64,000 bases of DNA from an uncultured Candidatus Puniceispirillum sp. (lineage in GTDB: Bacteria > Pseudomonadota > Alphaproteobacteria > Puniceispirillales > UBA1172): positions 331,466 through 395,465 of the forward strand of contig OZ242263.1 in the NCBI GenBank assembly GCA_965207125.1, in the 5' to 3' direction. Made by a program: the position numbers and the translations under genes. The notes below the pieces were generated by a model that did not search any database, was not told the DNA's origin, and saw only the letters and a list, made by a program, of their open reading frames with translations. Shown in pieces: positions 1 through 7,398 of this stretch (within the stretch, counting starts at the first letter, position 1; each line of letters begins with the position of its first letter).

Positions 1-3000
1 CCGTGCGGTCACTCGCTGTGACCATAACCGTGTAAGTGCCCGGGCTAGGCGGCGTGATGGAGAGTATATCGTTAGCATAACTATGCGTGACCGTACTCGT
101 GACATCGGCATCATCACTATCACGCACCAAGAATGTCAGTCTTAATGTGTCGCCTGTATCAGGGTCGCTGAAAAGATTAGCCAGATCGATGTCCAACGAC
201 TGACCCTCTGTCCCTCTTTGAGTCTCGAGGTCGTCGCCAGCTACAGGGGCATCATTCGCGCCGCTAACCGTGATGGTCACAGTGTAAGAAGAAGTCCCAG
301 CACTAAAGGTGAAGACATCTTCGGCGGTGGCATTCTCAGCCAGTTTATTCGTCTCAAGATTGTCGTTATCCAGCGTGTACGTCCATACGCCACTACTCTC
401 ATCAAACCTCATCTGGCCGTATGTGCCATTAGCGCGGCCCAAGCTATTGGCCCCATCAAGACCGATGGTTTGACCAAGGGCCATGAGCGTTCCTGTGGCG
501 GTGTTATTGCTGCCGCCATCATCTTCGGTAACCGAACCCACATTATCACCACTGATTCCTTGCGCCACAACCACAAAAGTAAATGTGGCATCTGGAGACG
601 CCTCACCAGTGCCGTCGCCGTCTCTCGCCACGACCTTGATCGTATAAGTGCTAGCGGTGAGGGAGGAATCTAGATCGCCTGTTATACCTGTTCCAGCGGT
701 ATAGGACAGACCGATTGTTCTTAGGGCTGAACCATCATCAAGTGTCACCACGAAGGCCAACACATCACCGGTATCAGGGTCGCTGAAAAGACTCTTTAAT
801 TCCGCATCCGTGATGGGTTCGATCGCTTGGCCTACCGTCCCACGTTTACCACTGAGAGACGTGCCAGACAGCACAGGAGCATCATTCGCCCCAGCCACCG
901 TGATGGTCACATCGAAGCTAGTGCCTGTGGAAGTAAAAGTGAATACATCCGTCCCTGGCGTGTCTTTGAGCGCATCCGTATCCGCATCTGTGTTATCCAG
1001 TGTGTAAGTCCAAGTGTTATTACTTGGATCAAACCTCATCGTGCCGTATGTGCCTTCGACACCGCTATTGCTGGCCTGATCGTTATTGTCTACAAGCGTG
1101 ATGGTTAGGCTAGAGGGTAGTGCAAGAATTCCCGTGGCGGTGGAGGCGGGGTTATCTTCAGTCACCGAACCCGTGTTATCACCTGTGATTGGCTGTACTG
1201 CAATCTCAATTGACAACTGCTTGGTGAGTATTACCTGCCCCCCCTCGCGCACCACCACCTGAGCCGTGTAAGTGCCAACGAGCGTCGGTATACCCGTGAT
1301 TGTCCTATCGGTAGGGTTATAAGTCAGATCAGAGGCGATTTCTCGAGAGGGAGTAAAGATGTCAACGTCGATATCCAATGCATCGCCGTCAGGGTCAATG
1401 GCAACGCCGCTCAGATTGATACTGACCGCCTCACCCACCGTCCCCGTTAGATCAACATCGAAATCTGGGTTAGCTATAGGAGAATCATTTCTTCCAACCG
1501 CCGTGATTTCTAAAACAAACTCCTCCGAGTTACCAGCAGTAAGGGTGAAGCGTTCAGCTGCTTTTTCACCCTCCCTCAACGCTATTGTTTCCGGGTCATC
1601 GTTATCTTGCACGTAGCTCCAGATGAATTTACTCAAATCACTCTGCGTCCGGGAAACCGTTAGCGTGCCGTATATACCAGTCAAAGAACGGCCACTGCTG
1701 CCAACAAACATAATCTCGGGTAGTTGATCCGCCGGAACATCAGGATCCACAACAGTGAGCTCTCCGGCAATGGTATAGCCGGAATTGGGATCTACCTCAC
1801 CCACGGCAGCGCCAGTGATTTCCGTTTGGGTGAGATCAGGATAAAATCCATCTTTGTAAGCGTTAAAAAACGAATCAGCGCCTCTGAAACTCAATGACTC
1901 ATCGCCCTCATGCAAGAAGCTGTATCTCGCCTCACCAGCGCTAGTAAATTTCGTCCTTGCTTTCACATTCTGAATCGTGATTGTGTTACCGCTAGACAAA
2001 GTAATGATAAAATCTGTAACCGGGCCGGAAGTATCAGCAACAGTAGGAAACCTTTCTCCTGGAGGAAGCTCTGTGGTTGTTCCCCCTCTATTCACCTGTA
2101 TTTTAACAATAGACTCGATGATAACGTTCTCATCAAAGATGATTGAACTCTTATCCCAAGAGTCATTAATTATGACTGAGGAGGCGTTCGCCTTGATGAA
2201 AAACTCATCGTCACCTCGACCTTCTTGTATTGGATCACTGGCCTTTACACCACCCGACAGGGCCGTTGCCACGACCGCCGTATTAATTTCCGCCGTATCT
2301 TTGCCATCAGCAATCCTGATGTTAATCAGCGCTCGCGCTGCAATAGCACCTGCGCTCCCATCATCATCAAGAAAGGTCTTGATCTCCGCCAACGTTGCCC
2401 CATGAAGCTTCAGCACAAACTTAATCGAGCGGCCGCTTACCTCTATGCTTTTAACGCCGTTACCAATATCGTTGCCATCGATTTCAAATTCAACCTCGAT
2501 GCCGTTACCAGCCTCACCAGCAGTTTTTGCAGCAATGATCAGGTCACGGTCTCCAGCGATATTAGCAACTTCAGAGTCTTGAACATCACTGTATCCAATG
2601 CTTGCCTTCTTTCCACCTGAGGGACCCGAGCCGCCCGAAAGCGTTGCTGCACGATCCACATTGATGACCGTATTCTCCTTGCCTGCGGCAATCTCTAAAC
2701 TAATCAGCTCATTTACTGCAATAGCACCCGAATCACCCTCAATAAAGGTCTTGATGTCCGCCAACGTCATCCCACCAGCGGTCAGCACAATTCTAATATT
2801 GTTATTTGTTACAATGAAGTCGGGACGAGCCTCGCTACTGGTTACAAATTCAACCGTGATTTGGTTACCATCTGCGCCGGCAGTTCTTGCGGTAATGATC
2901 AGATCCGGGTTTTGAGCCAAATCAGTAAACTGCGCGCCCTTAAATCCAATGCTCGCTGCTACCCCCGCGCCGTCCGACAACGCCGTTTCCTCGATCGCCG

Positions 3001-5791
3001 CGCTGATCCGCGAGTCCTCCATGCCATCAGCAATCGTGATATCAATCAGGTCTCGCGCCTCAGTGTACGTTTTATCCTCCTCAACATGCTTCTTGATCTC
3101 TGCGAACGTCGCCCCACCACCATTCAGTGTAATTATAATCTTCTTGACGTTATTTTCGGTGACCACACCCGTAAATCTAACGCCGCTATTAACAAAAAGA
3201 TCACCGAGTCGAAATTCAACCGTGATGTTGTTACCATCTGGGCCAATCTCTTTTGCGGTAATGATCAAACCCCGATTAGCCCCATCAGCAATCTCCGAGT
3301 CCCTTCCACCTTTGAATGCAATGCTCGCCGCCGCCTGCGAGTTGGGGGGAGTATTGCCGTCAATAACCACCCGAGATGGCGTATTAGGGCTGTTTATAGT
3401 TGCAGAATTAGGAGCAAGATTAACAGTAACTGCTCCTCCACGGGAGCCATCATCATTTTCCCTGTACCAACCAGCGTTAGAGCCGGGAAAGTAACGAACA
3501 ATAGAGAGAGCCTCTCTAACAACAATGGTAAATGCCGTCGTAGTCTCCTGACCGCCTGCGTCTGTCGCCGTGACCCTGATCACGTATGAGCCCTCGTTGG
3601 TGGAGGCTGTGCCAACAATTTCTCTAACGACAAACACACCTCCGGAGCCTGTCTCTTGATTGAATTCAAGTCCGCTCGTCAACCCCGTCACCGTCATCGA
3701 CACGATACCACCTTCAGGGTCTCTGAAAAGATCGAGTAGATCGATATCGATAGGATCGCCGGTCTTCACGATTAGATCTTCGACATCAATATTAACCCTA
3801 GGTGCGTCATCCACCCCGGTCACCGTGACAAGCACCACAAAGCCCTCCGCGCCTTCGGCCCTAAGGATGAATTCATCTTCTCCTGTCTCCCCGGGACGCA
3901 ACGCCAGCGTGTCCGGACCCTCGTTATCAAGCGTGTACACCCAAGTGCCGCCGGGGGGCGGGCCAGCGGTCGGCGTAAAAGTCAACGTACCGTATGTGCC
4001 CTTAAGAGACATCGTCGTGCCGTCATCTTGCACATTCGTGCCGTCATTACCTTCATTTGTAAGCACGACGCCTGGAAGTTGCGTTAAATCCAGTTCATCT
4101 GCGTCACTAACTGTGACCATCCCCGTAGCGGTCGCGGCGGCATCGTCACCGGCCGTCAGCGCCGGCGTATTATCCACCCCATTGATCACTGGCGGAGGAG
4201 CCTTAGAAACCCCGATGGTTACAGTAAAGTCACTCGCGCCAGTAGCCCTAAAGGTGAAGGTTTCATTTACCTCATCACCCACAGCCAGACCAATCGTGTC
4301 CGGGTCGTCGTTATCTACCGTGTAAGTCCAGGTCTTCCCATCAAACGTCATCGTGCCGTATGTACCAGCACCACTAACAAGCGTGATGGTTGGAAATGTT
4401 ATCGGGTGATGCTGATCACGGTCAGTAATAGAGATCGATCCCGAGGCGCTGCCTTGTAGGTCGTTACCGGCAATAACCGTGTTTTCATTGTCCCCTCCGA
4501 TTACCGGAGGATGAAAATCATCTCGTGAAATAGACCTAAAAAACTTCACCGTGGGCGTAGTGGTGCGCCCGTCACTCGCCATGACATCAAACCTGTACCA
4601 CCCGTGATAGTCAAACGTGCCGCTGATACGCGTGGTGACGGGGTCATAGGTAAGCCCGATGGCCTCCTCCAATGTCTGGCTGGGATCCGTACTATCATAC
4701 ACCTTATAGGTATTATCTCTAATACTGGAGCTGGTAAGAATCTTCACATAGTACACCAAGAACGTTATGGTAAGATCATCATCAGGGTCACTGAAAAGGT
4801 TTCTTAGAACAACCTCCGAGTTGGCCGCCAGCGGGTCAGTTAGCGAGGATCTAGAATTGTTAAAAAAAGCACTGCTCTCGAACTGGTTCCCAAGACTGGA
4901 CAGCACAGTTGGGTCATCTACACCCGTTAGTGTGATAACTACATCGAAACTAGCCCCACCAGCGGTAAAGGTGAAGGTGTCAATGTATTCCTCGCCCCCA
5001 CTAAGAGGATTAACCCTGCCGCTGCGCACGTTGTAAGTCCAAGTCGTCCCGTCAAAGAACATCCGGCCATAGGTGGTGAGGATACCGTCTCCAGTATCAG
5101 CACGTCTATCAAAATTGTCAGGATCACTGCTTGCAAGCAAAATGGGATCGCTCGTACCCGTAACGCTAAGCGTTCCCGTGACAGGGTCTGCATCATCTTC
5201 AGTTAGCGCACCCGTAGCAGTGCCAGTAATCATCGGTCCTTGCACACCGCTCGGACCTGACGCATCACCGATGATGTCCGGATGAGAAGCATCAGAGGCC
5301 GCAAAGCCGTCCTCATAAGCGGTAACAAAATCTTCAGCGGGTATAGGGGCCGTTCTCGTAGCATCACCCAAATGCTGGAACGTGAAACTCGCCGGATTCC
5401 TAAGCGTGATTGTCTTACCGCTAGACAAGGTAATGACATACTGGGCAACAGAAGCCCCCTCTGACCCAGCCTGCCTCTCAATTGAGGTGATGACAACATC
5501 CCTCTCAAAGACAATCACATTGGCTTCGCTATCGTCATCGATCACAACCGAGTTCGCGGTGAGTGTGATTAAAAACTCATCAACGCCCTTACCACCACTG
5601 ACCGGCAAGGTATTGGTTTCAGGAGTGTTATCATCAATGATGACTCGGTTTGGGCCGTCATAGAGCGCATCGCTCAAACTAAGGGGCACGTCTCCTATAC
5701 GGGTTCGGCCTTCATTCCTAGTTTGATACCAACCAGGGGCAAATTCATTGCTATCAGGGACAAAATAACGAATAAACGTGAAATGAGTCAT
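1..5791 (-). CDS. Giant repeat-built secreted adhesin-like protein (gene 0). The N-terminal ~1930 codons are present; the 3' end lies beyond the window start.
   Basis: The ORF track does not list it because there is no in-window stop. My manual reverse-complement translation from the ATG at 5791..5789 (AAGGA about 8 nt upstream) reads MTHFTFIRYFVPDSNEFAPGWYQTRNEG... and stays open to base 1. It contains repeated VCBS-like motifs (GTYG.M.FD...WTYT.DN...FTF...VTI.V.GANDAP) and cadherin/He_PIG-like motifs (LFSDPD.GD...GL.Y....ITG.P...GTYT..V.A.D). Confidence 0.8.
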   Translation of the reverse strand, partial: MTHFTFIRYFVPDSNEFAPGWYQTRNEGRTRIGDVPLSLSDALYDGPNRVIIDDNTPETNTLPVSGGKGVDEFLITLTANSVVIDDDSEANVIVFERDVVITSIERQAGSEGASVAQYVITLSSGKTITLRNPASFTFQHLGDATRTAPIPAEDFVTAYEDGFAASDASHPDIIGDASGPSGVQGPMITGTATGALTEDDADPVTGTLSVTGTSDPILLASSDPDNFDRRADTGDGILTTYGRMFFDGTTWTYNVRSGRVNPLSGGEEYIDTFTFTAGGASFDVVITLTGVDDPTVLSSLGNQFESSAFFNNSRSSLTDPLAANSEVVLRNLFSDPDDDLTITFLVYYVKILTSSSIRDNTYKVYDSTDPSQTLEEAIGLTYDPVTTRISGTFDYHGWYRFDVMASDGRTTTPTVKFFRSISRDDFHPPVIGGDNENTVIAGNDLQGSASGSISITDRDQHHPITFPTITLVSGAGTYGTMTFDGKTWTYTVDNDDPDTIGLAVGDEVNETFTFRATGASDFTVTIGVSKAPPPVINGVDNTPALTAGDDAAATATGMVTVSDADELDLTQLPGVVLTNEGNDGTNVQDDGTTMSLKGTYGTLTFTPTAGPPPGGTWVYTLDNEGPDTLALRPGETGEDEFILRAEGAEGFVVLVTVTGVDDAPRVNIDVEDLIVKTGDPIDIDLLDLFRDPEGGIVSMTVTGLTSGLEFNQETGSGGVFVVREIVGTASTNEGSYVIRVTATDAGGQETTTAFTIVVREALSIVRYFPGSNAGWYRENDDGSRGGAVTVNLAPNSATINSPNTPSRVVIDGNTPPNSQAAASIAFKGGRDSEIADGANRGLIITAKEIGPDGNNITVEFRLGDLFVNSGVRFTGVVTENNVKKIIITLNGGGATFAEIKKHVEEDKTYTEARDLIDITIADGMEDSRISAAIEETALSDGAGVAASIGFKGAQFTDLAQNPDLIITARTAGADGNQITVEFVTSSEARPDFIVTNNNIRIVLTAGGMTLADIKTFIEGDSGAIAVNELISLEIAAGKENTVINVDRAATLSGGSGPSGGKKASIGYSDVQDSEVANIAGDRDLIIAAKTAGEAGNGIEVEFEIDGNDIGNGVKSIEVSGRSIKFVLKLHGATLAEIKTFLDDDGSAGAIAARALINIRIADGKDTAEINTAVVATALSGGVKASDPIQEGRGDDEFFIKANASSVIINDSWDKSSIIFDENVIIESIVKIQVNRGGTTTELPPGERFPTVADTSGPVTDFIITLSSGNTITIQNVKARTKFTSAGEARYSFLHEGDESLSFRGADSFFNAYKDGFYPDLTQTEITGAAVGEVDPNSGYTIAGELTVVDPDVPADQLPEIMFVGSSGRSLTGIYGTLTVSRTQSDLSKFIWSYVQDNDDPETIALREGEKAAERFTLTAGNSEEFVLEITAVGRNDSPIANPDFDVDLTGTVGEAVSINLSGVAIDPDGDALDIDVDIFTPSREIASDLTYNPTDRTITGIPTLVGTYTAQVVVREGGQVILTKQLSIEIAVQPITGDNTGSVTEDNPASTATGILALPSSLTITLVDNNDQASNSGVEGTYGTMRFDPSNNTWTYTLDNTDADTDALKDTPGTDVFTFTSTGTSFDVTITVAGANDAPVLSGTSLSGKRGTVGQAIEPITDAELKSLFSDPDTGDVLAFVVTLDDGSALRTIGLSYTAGTGITGDLDSSLTASTYTIKVVARDGDGTGEASPDATFTFVVVAQGISGDNVGSVTEDDGGSNNTATGTLMALGQTIGLDGANSLGRANGTYGQMRFDESSGVWTYTLDNDNLETNKLAENATAEDVFTFSAGTSSYTVTITVSGANDAPVAGDDLETQRGTEGQSLDIDLANLFSDPDTGDTLRLTFLVRDSDDADVTSTVTHSYANDILSITPPSPGTYTVMVTASDRT
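2235..3338 (-). repeat. Three tandem copies of a ~117-127 aa uncharacterised module (Y module) inside gene 0
   Basis: Each translated unit starts ASI(A/G)(F/Y).., contains LII(T/A)AK..G..GN.I.VEF and ..I.(I/F)VL...G(A/M)T(F/L)A(E/D)IK, and ends ..ALS(D/G)G. Unit boundaries are near 3338, 2956, 2606 and 2235. Confidence 0.7.
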
Positions 5792-6613
5792 AAGAACAAT
5801 CCTTTTTACTAGAGTTAAAAAAACTTAACATCACGGCGAAACCACAAGCATCACAGTAGGATACTATAGATCCCTCTCTCATTTAATCTTGAGAGGATAC
5901 CCTTAAAATTAATTAAACGCAAGAGGATAATGTGATAATCTTGTGTGCTTTAAATCAACGCCCCAAGGTTACGGCATGGCACTGCTATTTTATGGGCAGA
6001 AGGGCAGAAGAATTGTGTCGTTATAGAAGTAGAGTATGACCCGCTCCATAGGAAAATCGGTATAGCTCCACTGAATGCTATGGACGGGCTGATCATCGCT
6101 CCCATAACCATAAAAGCCAGAGTTGTTGAACGATCAGAATGGACGGTCAGCGTCCTGACCTGAAATCTGCACTTTGTGATACTCGCTTCCTTCTTGGCGG
6201 ATTGGGTGTTGTCGTTTATTTTGTTAATCATTTATCACTATTTAAACAACCTCGTTATCGTCCCATCATCCTCATTATAATGATGAAAAGCCTCCTGTAC
6301 TCCCTAAAACCATAACGATGATGTCGCCCTCCCCTAAGGTCAACCAAAAGGTCTGTCTCGATACTCATCAGCCAGCACTTTAAGCGATTCTGGCTCGTCT
6401 TCAGCGTTTAGTCTTAGTATACGATACAGAGGGGGTGTTATTGTATTCCGGAAAGCGATCATAATCATGCTTCCATACTCTGAAAGCTAGGCCATCTACA
6501 TTGTGCATTTCTGACGTCTTATATGGTCCAGAGGTATCAGTACATTAAAACAAGGTTTTTACACCCATCTTTAGAACCTTGTTCGTTGGTAAAGGCATAC
6601 TATAAAATAGCGC

Positions 6614-6991
6614 TATCATTATCTTAACTGTGTCTGGGTAGTCTTGGTCTAAAGAATAAGGCCGGTCCATAGACTAACCCTCCAGTATTCTAGGCCCTCC
6701 CTTCTTTTTGGCATTTTGCTACGCTCTATGATGCTCCAAACTGGCTAATCATTGACAGCAATACGGCCTTTCTTATTCTGCCTCTTACTCTGATTCTTAC
6801 CCTGATCCTTACTTTAGATCTTACCCTGGCAACCCGCTAGCGGTGCAGTTTTTACTGCACTTTGCTGACCATGGGTTGCGAGTGATTATTTTTGAGGGTA
6901 TAAATATGAAAAAATTATGCTTTCTGAAGTTATGGAACACTAACTGGCACTCGTGGAATTGTGCCAATTATTTTATTAGAGGAGATGCACC
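6614..6991 (+). repeat. Upstream leader of giant gene A, copy 1 of a duplicated ~0.36-kb non-coding segment (copy 2 at 16253..16606)
   Basis: Nucleotide similarity to 16253..16606 begins abruptly at tatcattatcttaactgtgtctgggtagtcttggtctaaag and continues into the coding regions. Sequences 5' of these points are unrelated. Confidence 0.85.
6876..6904 (+). promoter_or_regulatory. Candidate sigma70-type promoter for giant gene A (TTGCGA-17 nt-TATAAA)
   Basis: TTGCGA at 6876..6881, an exact 17-nt spacer, then TATAAA at 6899..6904, about 90 nt upstream of the GTG start. The same hexamers and spacing are conserved in copy 2. This is a motif match only. Confidence 0.35.
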
Positions 6992-7336
6992 GTGCTAGAT
7001 ATCAATGCCTCCCCCATCACTTTGAAGACCATCATTGATGAAGACGGTAGTTTCACCTTCATGATCACCCCCAGTATGGCTTTTTCCTCGCCGGAGAAAT
7101 TCCGATGGGAGATTACTTTTGGACAAGGCGCCCCTCATCGCGGAGTCATCACTTTTAAGGCCGGTGAGCCAGACTCACAATCAATCCCGCAGTCCATAGA
7201 CCCTGATGAGCATTATCAGTTGAGGGTTTTTAGAGTGTCCGATAACAATAACGACGCGGATGATGCATTGGTGTTTCAGCAACAGAGCGAGCACCTCCCT
7301 CCCCTCTTAATAATGCTCCGCAGCAGTCAAGGGTAG
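6992..7336 (+). CDS. N-terminal fragment of giant adhesin A, separated from the main ORF by a 1-nt deletion near 7305
   Basis: The 114-aa ORF is about 95 percent identical to the first ~105 aa of the intact paralog ORF 16607..17302. After LPPLL the paralog continues [37 protein letters not shown]. In A that sequence is encoded in the frame of the 7399 ORF. Confidence 0.75.
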   Translation: MLDINASPITLKTIIDEDGSFTFMITPSMAFSSPEKFRWEITFGQGAPHRGVITFKAGEPDSQSIPQSIDPDEHYQLRVFRVSDNNNDADDALVFQQQSEHLPPLLIMLRSSQG

Positions 7337-7398
7337 GAGGCGATCAGGGAACAGACATCACTCAAGTCAAAGCCTCGCTGGTTCTCAACAAAGACGAG

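Noticed and set aside
218-5663. About twenty plus-strand ORFs of 60-240 aa listed across the first 5.7 kb
   Set aside because: They are antisense to a continuously open minus-strand frame with clear adhesin repeat motifs. Their products are low-complexity (Ser/Pro/Val/Thr-rich), and they overlap one another in different frames.
5950-6231. A 93-aa minus-strand ORF in the divergent spacer
   Set aside because: It has no Shine-Dalgarno sequence upstream of the ATG, no recognisable motif and an odd composition. I keep it only as a possibility under the spacer finding.
6906-6998. A 30-codon upstream ORF (MKKLCFLKLWNTNWHSWNCANYFIRGDAPC) that ends overlapping the GTG start of gene A, suggestive of a coupling leader peptide
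   Set aside because: In the paralogous leader the same ATG opens only a 10-codon ORF (MKKGLLTDVE) with unrelated sequence. The ATG would also lie upstream of the transcription start implied by the TATAAA box.
7264-7336. Programmed ribosomal frameshifting as the explanation for the break in gene A (and similarly for B and D)
   Set aside because: The overlap windows contain no X XXY YYZ slippery heptamer and no prfB-like shift site. The paralog or sister repeat shows a plain 1-nt indel at each position.
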